From Phaeosaccion multiseriatum (taxonomy: Eukaryota; Protista; Ochrophyta, other classes): a stretch of DNA of 64,000 bases. A program made the position numbers and the translations under genes. The DNA is taken from positions 2,790,001 to 2,854,000 of the forward strand of contig OZ218952.1 of assembly GCA_965112735.1 (NCBI GenBank), read 5' to 3'. The notes below the pieces were generated by a model, which searched no databases, had not been told where the DNA came from, and saw only the letters and a program-made list of their open reading frames with translations. Shown here piece after piece: positions 20,901-33,169 of the stretch. Positions within the stretch are counted from its first letter, which is position 1. The number at the start of each line of letters is the position of its first letter.

Positions 20901-23900
20901 GGAAGTTGGAGTGTTTAGAGCTGCAGACCAGACTGGAGGAGGGGCAGGCAGACAATGAGAGGAAGGTGCAGCAGCTTCATGCTCGGGTGCTGGCGTTACA
21001 AGCACAAGAAGAAGATAGCAGCGCTCTTGACGAGCAGCAGCACACAGATAGCGCCGCACGGAGAACCAACTCGGAAGGCTCCGTGGAGCAGCTCCAGGGA
21101 GAGCTCAGGGACAGCGCAGCTGAGCTGGAGGCGATGCAGGTACGATGGATATGGAGTAAGACAGAAGACAGGAGGGAGAGGGAGATAGAAGACAAAGGAG
21201 GTAAATCGGATCCGACCGCAACCCAACCCCCCCCAAACCCCACTCCATCGCAGGCGGACCTTTCCAGCACAGCGTCGGCACTAGAGGTGGCAACCCTCCG
21301 AGCCGAGGGACTAGACGACCAAGTCAAAGATCTAGAGGAGCGGATCGACGGGCAGGAGAGGCTGGACGTGGTGTCTGAGCAGCTCGAAGAGGCCCGGACT
21401 GCGCTGGAGGGGGCGAGAGAGGAGGTGGAGGCTCGAGTAAAGGAGGTGGAGGAGCTCAAGAGGAGGGTGGGGGTCGCGGAGGCCGCTGCACAGACCAAGG
21501 AAGCCTTGGTGGTGGAGAGGGAAGGGCAGCTGCAGAGTGAGAAGGACAAGGCGGAGGAGTGGAAGGTCGCTGGAGAAGCTCTGCGGGAGGAGCTGGCCTC
21601 TACGACGGAACAGCTCGGAAACCTTCGCACGCAGATGGCGAGCCTGGAGGACCAGCTCGCCACCAAGGAGGAGGTACTGGAGCTCAAGCAGAGCGAGGTG
21701 CGATCCGCACTTGCGGCCAAGGAGGAAGCCGTGGCTGGCATGACGGAGAAGGAGAGAGAGATGATGGCCTTGTCGGGGGGGGAGAAGGAGCTGGAGGTGG
21801 CGAGAGAGAGTCTCGAGAGGGCCAATGGAGAAGTGGAGGAGATGAGAGCGATGTTGGAGGAGGCACACCGGGCGGTGCAGCAAGGAGAGGAGCGGATGGA
21901 CGAGTTGGAATCCAAGGTGTCACAGATGGAGACGCAGGAGGAAAAGACTGTGGACATGCTCGCACGGATGGACAGGGAGGTGAAGGAGGCAAAGGAGGGG
22001 AGGCGTAAGAAAGAGGAGGAGGCCCTGCACGTGTTGAGCAAGTTGGAAGAGATGCGAGGAGAGAGGGATGCCCTGAAGGAGGCCGCACAGCAAACGGAGG
22101 CGGATTTGTGTCGCCAATTGGGGGAGATGAAGCACCAACTGGTCGAGATGGGCTCCGTCCGAGCCGCACTGGAGGAGGGGAGAGCCGCAGACGCGGAGGC
22201 GGCGATGGCAGTGGTGGCACAGAGAGATGCGTTGAGTACACGAGTGGACGAGTTGGCGCAGAGGTTGGATGAGGTGGAGGCCGCTCGACATGAGCTGAGC
22301 GAGGAGAGCCGTAGAGGGATGGAGGAGCTTCGTCGCCTGGAGGCGGCGGAGAGGCACAAGGTCGAGGAGGAGAAGGCGACGTTAGGGTTGGAGCTGCGAG
22401 CAGAGGTGGAGGCGAAGGAGGAGGAGATTGCGTCGTTGTCCGAGCGGGTGGAGAAACTGGAAGAGAGTCTGCAAGTGGCAACGCAAGAGAGCGAGGAGGT
22501 GAAGGGGGTGGGGGCGGCACTTGAGAAGGACTTGATGGAGGCTCGGGCGCTTACAGCACAGGCTGTTCAGGACAAGACGAAGGCCGAAGAGAGACTGGAG
22601 GGGAAGATACAGGCCCTCGATGAGACTCTGTCGAAGGTGCAGAGAGCGCGAGAGGTGGAGGCGGAAGAGGCGGCGGAGGCTGCTGGAGCGTTTCACCAGC
22701 GGCTTGAAGAGATGGAGCAGCTGCGGGAGGAAGTGGTGGCCATGGCGGAGGAGAAGAGACAGGCAGAGCGGGAGAGCGCAGTGGCCAGAGAGGCAGCGGC
22801 TGTGCGTATCCTCGAATTGGAAGAGGCCATTGCGGTGGAGAGGGCGGCGTTGGAGGAGGAGAGGGAGGCATTGGGCCAGGAGATGGAGAGGAAGTTGGGG
22901 GAGAAGGACGCTGAGCTGGCGACTGTGCAAGAGCAGATGACCAACTTGTCCACCTTGCTGCAGGAGAAGGAGGAGCTTGAAGAAGAGACGAGGAAGAAGG
23001 AGGAGGAGCGAGAGCAGGAGAAGGAGAATCAGGAGGTTGAGAGTGCCCGTGTCCTGTCGGACAAGCTGGAAGAGCAGAAGGAAGAGCACAGCAGACGCCT
23101 GAATGAGGCGATGGCGGCTGCTCAGCAACGCCTCGACGCCCTGAGCGAGGAGAGGAGTCGCATGGGGGAGGACTATCGTCGGCAAATAGCGACGCTGGAG
23201 CACGACAAGGCGTTGTTAGAGAGCGAGCAGGTCACTCGTGCGTTGGAGTTTGACGAGGTGACTGCGGCCAGAGACGAATTGTCGGAGAAAGTGGGGCATC
23301 TTCTGGGGGAGCTGGACGACTTTGCCATCACAAAGGCGGCCATGGAGGGGGCGAATGACCAACTGCTGAGGGAGGTGAGGGCAGCAACGGCAGAGGCCGC
23401 GGAGAGGGCGGAGCAGACTCGAGAGCTGCAGGCGGAGCTAGCGCAGCACGTGAGCACCACTCAGGAGGTGAAGGCCAAGCTGAGCAGACAGGTGGAGGAG
23501 CTCGAGGAGGCTTTGGCTGGGGCGAAGAAGGAGGGGGAAGAGTTGGAACACTCTTACGAGGAGCAGCGGTTGGAGCAGGAGCACAAGTTGGAGCAGTTGG
23601 CGGAGGCGCAAGAAGCAGTGTTGGAGCACGGGAGGGAGATGGAGGCCCGGTACCAAGCCAAGATCGCCAAGATTGAGCAAGAAGAAGAGGCCCAGCGGGA
23701 GGCAGAGAGGTCGAGGCGGACGGAGCAGGAGACACAAATTGTCGAGCTCTTGTCGGCGAGGGAGGGTCTGACTACGACAGTGGAGGAGATGGGGAGGGAA
23801 CTCGAGCGTATGGGGGAGGAGAGGGTCAAGCTTGACCGAGAGGTGGAGCGGGCGGAGCAGAGGGTGAGGGACGTGGAGGAGGAGATGAGAGTGCTCAGGG

Positions 23901-26900
23901 AGGAAGAGCTTGGAGAGGCTTACTCCGAGCTTGAACATCGCAAGGAGGAGTGCGCCGCCTTACAGAGCCGACTGGATGCCAACTCGACCCAGCTGAAGGC
24001 ACTGGAGGGACGCAGTACCACGGCAGCGGCAGAGGAGGAGGGACTGAGGGCGGAGATTGAAGAGCTCAGTGCTACTCTGACGGGGGTGGTGGAGAGTCTG
24101 GCTTCGGCGACTGGACGGGCAGAAGAGGCAGAAAAGGGTCAGCGTGAGGCCGAGGAGGAGAAGGAAGAGACACACAAGAGGCTTCAAGCTACAGTGGTGG
24201 AGCTCGGCGAGCGGTTGGAGGAAGCGAGGGCACAGCGAGAGGCCGAGGAGAAGAGGAAGGGATTGCTCGAAGCGGAGGGAGAAGCGCTGGTTGGCAAGTT
24301 GCAGGAGGCCGAGGAGAACGTGGAGCGTCTGTCGAGAGAAGTACGAGAGGAGAGAGACAGAAGCCAGGAGAGGCTGGAGCAAGTTGAGCAAGAGAGACAG
24401 GCGAGGGAGGAGGAGTTTCAGAGATTGTTGCGCGAGAGGGCGGAGAGTGAGATGGCAGCAGAGGCGCGACGGGCTGCCCTAGCCGAGGAGGTGGAGGAGG
24501 TGCAGAGGGACAAGTTGGTGCTTCGTTCACAGCTGGAGGCGGCCGGGTTGGAGAACCAAAAGCTGAGGGAGGAGATGGAGGAGGAGAAGCGCTGCCACAC
24601 GAAGACGCTGGAGGGGCTTAGAGGGCAGCTGGAGGAGGCACAGGCAGAGCTCACGCGCCTTCATCAGCGGGCGACGACGGCGGACCAACACGCCAAGGAG
24701 CTTAGGCTGGCGAATGACGCGTTTCAGGTTGAGAGGAAGGATACGGAGGAGCTTGTGGCAAGGCTCAGGGGCAGTGTGGTTAGTGCGGAGGCATCTCAGG
24801 AGGAGATGGGGCGAGAGTTGAGCGAGATGCGTTGTAGAGTGCGGGCGTTGGAGGGGGACAAGGCCGGGCTGGAGGAGCGGCTGGGGCAGTTGGAGAAGGA
24901 GGCGGAGGAGAGGAAGGAGCTTGTGGAGGAGCAGCAGCGCACCATTGAGCGCTTGCAGGAGGAGCTGGAGGTCAGCAAGACTAGCAAGGGCAACGGGAGC
25001 AGTGGTAGCAAGGCGGCAGATCCGGAGCTCCAACGAGAGAACGAAGACCTCAAAGTAAGTCAACGAGAGGAACAAGTGCTTTAAAACTACCTGTCCTGCT
25101 GCGTGTCGGGGGGAGGGCTGGGGGGGGGGGGGATCCTTCGTCCTCTTTTATCACGCACAGACTTGCTCTTTTCAGACACCTGCTCACTCCCTCCCTCTCC
25201 ATCTCCTCCCTCTCCCTCCCTCCCTCCTCTGGACAGCTCCGAGTGGCCGACCTTGAGCAGCAACGCTTGGGCCAAACCTCCCAGCTCCACTCCGTCATTG
25301 GTGACGTGGAGAAGGCGGAGCAGAACGTTCGAGAGACGATCCAGCGTGAACGTACCAAGGCCAAGGCTCTGGCGACTCAGTTGGAGGTCTTGCAGGCGGA
25401 CTTTGATGCCCTCAAGGGGGAGTTGGGGGAAACCAAGGCCAAGCTCGCCACAACAGAGGTAGGTGTGTGTGGGTGTGCGGTTGTACCTATGCGTGCGCGT
25501 GTTGGTGGTATGAACGCGTTCTCATCTCGCGACTCATCTCTCTCGGTTGCTCATGCGATCCCATCAGAGTTCGCTCCAAACGGTCAACGGCAAGCTCCAC
25601 ACCAAGATGACCACGGTCAAGAATCTTTGGGAGAAGATTCACACGCTGAGAAGCACCACCATCGGAGCCGGACCTGTTGGTGATACCGAGGAGGAGGAGG
25701 AAGAGGGAGGAGGAAGCGGAGGAGGAGGGGGGCACGGGACTCACAGGGGCGACGACGGCACTGAAGACAAGGAGAACGACCGTCAGAACAACATGCTTCG
25801 GAGGGAGCTGGGGGAGGCGATGGAGAACCAAATGGAACTCGAGAAGCGGTGCATAGAGCAAGAGGAAGAACTTCAGGAACTGAAGGGAGGAGGCGGGGGG
25901 GGAGGGCGTGAGCGGAGCCTCAGTGTGTGCTCCAGCAGAGCCGGCTCGGTGCATTCCTCCTCTTTTGTGCCCCCGCCTCCGTTGCTCAGCAAGGAAGAGC
26001 GGCTCGTGGAGGAGAAGAATGCTCTCAAGGAGCAAGTAAGGGCTCAGGAGTCACAGTTGGCCGAGCTTCATCGCGTCATGGAGCAGATTCGAGTCCTCGA
26101 CGACATGCCGCTCGTCCTTGACTTGGCCAGCGTACGGGGTATAACACTCAACGCCGCCACCGCCATCGGAGGAGGAGGAGGAGGAGCGGGGGGGGAGGGA
26201 GGGGACGGCCTGGAGCTGAGACCGGTATCCCCAGGGGGAAGCATCTGCAGCAGCAGCGTGGTGGATACACAGCAGCAGCAGCAGCTTCCTCACCCTACGG
26301 GGTCGTCCCAAAGCCTGCATGGAGGGCAAGGGAGGAGGATGTCACAGCACCGCCTCGTTCGGAGGGGGTCTTCATTGGCCCATGGCGCTTCAGCCGCCTT
26401 CCCTGCGCTGTCGGACTCCGCTCTCACGGCACCTCCTTCGTCGGGAAGTGCTTCGGGGGCTTCCGGACCGAGGAGGAGGAGTACGGCCGCAGCCGGGGCG
26501 GGGGTGAGACCAAGCTCTGCGGTGATGCGTGAGAGAGAGCGGGCCCGACGCCGGCTGAGTGCCCCCACCAGTGGCAATGCTCCCGTGAGTACACGGTCTT
26601 CTTTGAGCTCCACACAGGGCTCTCCAAGGGCATCCACAGATGGCTTGGGCCTGGGCCTGACGTCGGTTTCCGAGGCGGGGTGGGACCGCATCGCCCTCGA
26701 CCCCCCCAGCGTGGAGACCAATGCAGCGTCGTCTGCTAAGTGGGATCACTGTTCTTCTTCTTCGCAGCCTGGGGCGTCGTCCTCCACCCTCTTGCTGCCA
26801 TCGTCAGCAGAGCCGTCTTCTCTGGCCGGGGTGGATCCTGACACACTGCAAGAGTTGGCGTGCTGGTGGCACCGCAAGTCGGAGCAGCGACAGCAGCTCA

Positions 26901-28126
26901 TCGCTTCCGTCACTGGATCCGGAGGAGGAGGAGGAAGCATTCAACATGACGACGATCTCGCGTCCACGCTTGGTAGCAACTATGAGGGCAGCGTCGGACG
27001 CCTCTCACAGAGTCTCACCTCCTCTTTGTCTTCCCTTGCGCCTGTCGCGCGTACGTCCTCAGCCTCTGGGGGCGGGGGTGGGAGGAGACCGCAGTCAACC
27101 AAGTCTCAGTCGGGTGTTGGTGCACTCGATCGCGCCTCGCTGGACTTCTTCTCTTTACCCTTCTCCGCCGCCGAAAGCTCTTCCTCCACTTCTCCTCCCG
27201 CTCCTCCCTCCTCGACCTCCGGGGCTTCTACTACAAATGGCGACGCCGAGCGAAGTCGAACTCACGGATACGGTTTCGGTCGATCAAGGGTGGGGGGCCC
27301 GCCACCTCGAGCTACTACTGCCTCGGCTTTCACTGCACCCAAGGCGCTCAAAATGAACCGCCAGCAAGCCCTCGCTGCTCGCAAGACCAACGGTGGCCCT
27401 CCTGGCGGCTCCGACGGCACGATGAATAGCAGCACGGGTTTAAGCAGTGGTCGCCACGTGCCCCCGAGGAGCAGCACAGCGGTGTTAGACAGACGGCCCT
27501 GTAAGCCCCCCGGAGGAGCAGCAGCAGCAATAGCAGCAGCAGCCGTTGGTGATACAGCAGCAGCAGCAGCAGCAGGTGGAGCGGGTCGAGTGCCGAAGAG
27601 GCCCTCCTCTCCGACTCCGTCCCTCGCCAAGTCGACTTCGTCTCGACGCAGCGGAGTTGGAGGAGGAGGAGGGGGGGCCTTGGACCGTTCCGCACTCCGC
27701 AGACGGACGGGTAACACCCCTACCAATGGCTCCAAACCCTCCACTGCTGGGGCTGTCCGTGTCGCCGCTAGCAAGGCCTCAGGAGGAGGATCCAGGCGCC
27801 TCGCTAAGCCATCTGCGACTGCTTCGTCGTCGTCAGCTGTTGGGTCTGTGGTTGGATCCTCGGTTGGATCTGGAACTGTTGACGTGCATGCCTCCATGTC
27901 AACATCTTTGTCTTCGCTTCGCTCGGTGGAGAGCTTCCGCTCGGCTGCGTCCACGGAATCCGCAGCTCAGCAGGCAGAAGGACCATCATTGTTATCATTG
28001 TCATCATCTGGGGTGAGGCTCTCGGCTCAGACCACCAAGGCGCAGCGGGCGTATCAGCAAGAGGCACAGAGAGTGCAGAGGAGGACAGCAGCGGCAGCCA
28101 AGACGCGTAGTAAGGCGTGGAAGTAG
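17966..28126 (+). CDS. Giant (~3140 aa) coiled-coil protein with one hydrophobic segment near the N-terminus and a Ser/Gly/Arg-rich disordered C-terminus; join(17966..19216,19541..21139,21254..25054,25237..25458,25568..28126)
   Basis: E/K/R/Q/A/L heptad-rich ORFs joined by phase-0 GT-AG introns; ALLVLAVPVIWFSM is TM-like. No family recognised (golgin- or centrosomal-like). Confidence 0.8.
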
Positions 28127-28199
28127 AGCGGAGGAGTGGGAGGGAAGCCAAGACGCGTAGTAAGGCGTGGAAGTAGAGCGGAGGAGTGGGAGGGAAGCC
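28096..28199 (+). repeat. Perfect 50-bp tandem duplication spanning the stop codon of the coiled-coil gene
   Basis: agccaagacgcgtagtaaggcgtggaagtagagcggaggagtgggaggga at 28096 and 28146. Confidence 0.95.
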
Positions 28200-28596
28200 G
28201 TGTGGGGGAGTGAGGGAGTGAGGAGGTGCGGGGGGAGAAGGGGTGCTCTAGTCAGTATTGTGGGTCAAGAGAGAGAGAGCGAGAGAGAGAGAGAGGGACG
28301 GGGGGTCGACGGGAAGCCGCAAGCCTTGGGTTGTCGTTATCGAAGAGAAGGGAGGTGTGTTGTCTATTCTTTGTTTATTTGTTTCCCGATACATTGCACG
28401 TACGGTCTACTGCGGCGTTTTGCCTACATGCTTACTTAACGAGGTGCCTGCCGCAAGGCTACATGCTTTAGACTATTTACAATTTACAACTTCACGACAA
28501 TCCATTCATTAATGGGTACTGTACAGAGTTTTGTTGATTTTTACTTGTCACCACCACCAGTTCACCGCCACTGGACCACCAACCGGTTGACTAGTC

Positions 28597-31500
28597 CTAC
28601 TCTTGCTCCTCCTGCTGAACCACCAACTGCTTCACCAGCTCGCGATACTCCTCGCCGCCGCCCATGGAGGGAACGGGAGGAGTCACTCCACCCTCACCCT
28701 CTTCAGGCCCGACCCCCAGCAGCCTCCTCTCCTCGTGACAAGTCGTGTCTGCTTGTCGTACGCGCACAAACACCGCCAACTGTGACTTGGCCCCGTACAC
28801 AAAGGCTCTCTGGGTGAGCTCGGGCCGACCGGGCACGCTGTCCCACGCATAACGATGGGTAGCAAAGCTTGCCCTGCTCCAGATCATGTCTCTGTCTTGG
28901 GCATTGCTTTGGTCAAAGAGAAAGTCCTCCCCTACTCCGGCCTCAAGAGGAAGGCTGAGGGCCGCAAGGGGTAGCGCTCCATTGCTGTTCTTCTGGTGCT
29001 TGTTGTTGGTAAGCTTGTGCTTGTTGGTGATGTGCTTGTTCCCCTCCCCGGGTCGGACCGAAGGCGACGACGATGACGATGACGACGACGACGACGACGA
29101 CGACGAGGAGGAGGCGGCGGAGGCCCCTTGTTGGAGCAAAGTTGGAGAAGCGTTGAAGGGGCGTACCTGCGTGTGGTGGTAGTGGAGTGGTGGTGTTGTT
29201 ACCGAGCCGGACAGTGTGTTGAAGAGCGGAATGGTTAGCGGGGGCGAACGGGTCAGAGAGACACAGATGAGATGGATGGCCGGGGTCGAATGCGAAATTC
29301 ACTCACATGTGTGACCAATACTCGAGAAACAAAGTCTGGCTCCTTCTCCTCCTCCTCCCCGTCCTCCACTTCCTCCTCCTCTCCCCTCTCCTTTGCCTTC
29401 TCCGATACTTCGGCTGCCCGAAGCCGTTTCATTCTGCACCAGCGCTTCTGCTGATGCTCTGCGGGATCGATGGTGATCCAGAGGAGCGCCGAGTCGCACC
29501 CGCCCGTGCCGTCTGTGCCTGCAAAGCGTAAGCTTGTGTCCTCCTCCTCCTCCTCCTCCTCCTCCTCCTTCTGCTGCTGCTGCTGCTTGTGCGTCTTTCT
29601 TCTCATCACATCCTGCTTGTACATCACACGCGAGAGCTCTTGCATGTCAAGTGCCTTCCCTGTGGGAGGGAGCAGGCTGGTAAAGTAGCCCCAGTCAGGC
29701 TCCGATCCGGCCTTGCCGCCTCCTCCTCCACCTCCTCCTTGCTCTTGCCCTTGTCCTTGGTCTTGCCCTTCGCCCTCTTGTTCTCCTCCTTCCGTGTTGC
29801 CCCTTCTCCTTCTCCGCCCCGCTGCACCCCCACCCCAACCCCGGTCCTCCTTCTTGTTGTAATTACTGCTGCTGCCCCCACCCTCCTCACCCTCTGTGCC
29901 CTCAAACAAAGGCGCCACGAACCACGAACCCCGCTTCCCGTGATCCTCCTTCCCATCCCTGAGAAACGGTCGAAGCACCTCCACCACCACCTCGTCCCGT
30001 AAGCGTTCATCACTGAGACAACACGCATACCGCGAGTGCCTCTGACTGACCGACACGAGCCTACCTTTGTGGACAAGGGCATAGAAGCTCAGGCCGGCCC
30101 GGAGATAGCGTGGCACGACCTGAAGCCCGAGCCCCAAGGGGTACAGCGATCGCTTGGGCGGCCACGCTCCGACTCTGGCCCCACTTTGTGCGAGTCGGAG
30201 GGTATGACGCATAACAGCGGCCGCCGATGGACTCTCCAGAAGGAGGCACAAGGCTTGTTTTGCGGTAGGAGCCGACTGACTACTCAACACCAGCTGCTCG
30301 AGTCGCTTGAGGTTGAGGTTGGTGGTCGTCATCTTTAACTCCTCCCCCAGGGCCTTCCCCTTCGCCTTCGCCTTCCCCCCCTTACCTTGTCCCTTGCCTC
30401 CCTTGCCAAGGCTACCATCCCCACCGACGCCCCCTTGTCCTCTTGCTGCCGGACTTTTGGCCCGTTTGCCCCCCTCTCTCTTGCTGCGCTTCTTTCTCTT
30501 CTTGTTTGATGGCGATGGGGATCTCCCCACCCCCTGAACCCCTCCCCCGCCGTCCAAACTGCTGCTACTGCTGCTGCTGTTCGCTTCCTCTTCTGCTTCA
30601 GAGTCCATCTCATCAACGGCGTTTCCCAACGTGCCAAGCCATCCATCCGCGCCGACAGCAACACCAGCAGCAGCAGCAGCAGCCGCCGCAGCAGCAGACG
30701 CAGACGCAGCAGCCGCGGCGGCCCCTCTACCCCGCTGTTTGCCTCCTCCCCAAGCCGCGACGGCACCACCAGCACCACCAGCAGCACCAAGAGTAGCAGC
30801 AGCAGCAGTAGCAGCGACGGTTTCGACTGCCTGCAGCCTGAGGCTGCTGTCCTCCTCCCCGCCGCCGGCAGCATGGAACCTGGGGTGGAAGAGCCGCAGA
30901 CCCACTCGGGGGGGTAGGTAATGATCTCGAGCCCCCCTGGGCCACCCGACAAGCACCTTCTCCACCTCCGGGTCCGTGGGCATGCCCCGGACGGACACTT
31001 CAGCCGCCTCCAGACTCACGGCTACCTCCGCAAGACGACGAAGCTGTAGCACCTCTTCCTCTCTCTGCACGCGCTCCTCCTCCTGCCCTTCCCTCAGCAA
31101 GATGTAAAGATCAAGCCGCCTCTCTCGTGTAGTCTCCTCTGTGGCCAGCCGCCTCTGAGCCGCCTCCGGAGTGCTTGGAAGAAGCTCGTTTCGCAAGAGG
31201 CGAGGCGGGTCGCGCGTCCGCCTCTTCTCCTTGCCTCTCTTGTCTAACCAAACGTACATGATCTCCTCGCCGTCATCGTTGTGGTTGTCGCCGTCGTTGT
31301 CATCAGTAGCTGCCTCTTGTTGGCCTCCTCCCTCTGCGTGCCCGTCTCCTCCTCCTCTGTCGCCCTCTTGTTCTCCTTGTGGTGTCTCCTCACCTTCTCC
31401 CCTCCCCCCCCCTCCACCGCTCCTCCTGTTTGAAGTTCCTCCTGACTCCATGTGGACCATCTGGCAGCTGCTGAGAATGAGGCGCCTTACCATCCTGCGG

Positions 31501-32990
31501 GCTAGCATGCCCCTCACAGCCTTTTGGAGCCTGAGGGTCGCCCTTCTCCCCTCTACCCCGTGCCGCTTCTTGCTCCAAGCGTACAGCCCAACGGCGTGGT
31601 TGACGAGAGATTCGCTGATTTCTCGCACCTTCTTGGCAGCTTCCCTGTGCGTTTCAGAGCAGCAGAGGAGAGAGGTAGAGAGAGAGGGTATTGCCCCCCC
31701 AAAAAAGACAGAGGGGTCAATTGCAAGTGTGCTTGATATCGTCGCAGCAATCAGATAGCACTTGGGGATGACGGGTGAAGTGCCTTGGCAGCTTCACTGT
31801 CTTACTGACACACAGGAGTGGCGGAGGAGAGCTATACTCCAGCACAAACACTGCTCGCGATTCTAGGGTGAGGCAAGTTGAGAAGAACAACAATAAAGGA
31901 TTGAGTCCTTGAGCTGAGCCCTTGAGCTGGGCTCCCTCCCTCCCACCTGTGTTTGGTCATGGAGAGGCTATCTGTATGGTGCTGTTCCTTTCGAAGCTCG
32001 GAGGCGTGGGACGTAATCTTCTCGGCAAAGTGTAGTACAGCGAGCGCGCTGTCTGTGGTTATGCTCAACGTCGCCCTGTAGGCAGACAGGCAGACAGACA
32101 ACAGCAGGGCCGAGGTCGAAGGCTGGAGTCAGGTCCGAGCCAGTCAGTCAGGCAGGCTCGAGACGAGTGCGATTCTCATGTCAAGGAGAGAGGGGGCTGG
32201 AGATGAAGCAGCCACCACACTCCCCCACTACCCTACCCACCTCCACTCCCTCAGCCGCCGAACCGAACCTCTCCCACCACCACATCCTCCCCTCCTCTCC
32301 CTCCAGAGCGCAAATAGCTTAAGGCTTAAGCTTAGTTTAGTCGTCACACAAGGCTGTACGCAGTAGGCTAATAATACCGCTTCTATAGCTTTATCACTCT
32401 CCCGTTTGTGTAGTGTTTGTTACAAAGAGAAGGGCTGGGCGCGGTGGAGGACTTCACCCTCTCCTCCTCCCACAGCTTTCCCTTTCTTTCTTACCCCGGC
32501 AAAAAGTGCAGGCGAGCGTCGGTATCTTCCAGGAAATTCACCGCAGCTCGACGAGCGCTTGCCTCGGGTGCGTGGGCGCGGAAGAAGGCTTGCCGCCTCC
32601 AGGAGTCTGGGTGGCAGCTAAGCAAGCTGGGTTCGATCGTGATCGAGCGATCGGGAAGAGGGAACAGAAGGAGCACGTCAGCAGCAGCAGCAGTAGTAGC
32701 AGCAGCAGATATCCGTACCTCCTTCTAAAGTTGATACACCACCAGTAGTCTCTGTTGTCCCTCTCCTTCCTCCGCTTCTCCACATCAGCAGCCTCCTGAG
32801 GCACAATTTCATCCCTCCACACCAGCTCTGCAAGGCGGCAGGTGATGCACGAAATATCCACTCCCGAGCACTCCTGTGCCGGTGGCCTGACCCGCCGCTG
32901 CTCCACCCCTCCCCCACTTAACGGCGCTCGCAGTACAGTGGCATCGAAGCTGTGTTTGCTTCGCGAGAGCTGTTCAAGGGGGCGTAGCAT
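28597..32990 (-). CDS. IQ-motif protein with a degenerate Cdc123/D123-like (ATP-grasp) C-terminal region; at least 4 exons, start uncertain
   Basis: IQ-like LRLQKAVRGMLARR. ALCLLLESP, SFYALVHKGRLVSVSQRH (cf. Cdc123 EFRCFV...L.AISQR) and VRPF...FLFD resemble D123. Splice phases fit at 31644 and ~29305/29166. Confidence 0.6.
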
Positions 32991-33169
32991 CTGCACCTCG
33001 GAAAGAGGGAGACCTGAGCGGAACAAGGAGCCGCTCTCTAGTGTAGGCTTGCCTGTAAAGAAGAAGAGAAGGGAACGAGAGGAAGAGAGGGGGGGGAGAG
33101 CTGAAATTTTTGAAACTGTGAGATCGGAGATCAACTCCTTTTAATCTTTCTCTCCTTCCTCCTCTGAAG

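Noticed and set aside
19665-27954. Long minus-strand Ser/Leu-rich ORFs
   Set aside because: Antisense shadows of the GAG/CAG-rich coiled-coil gene.
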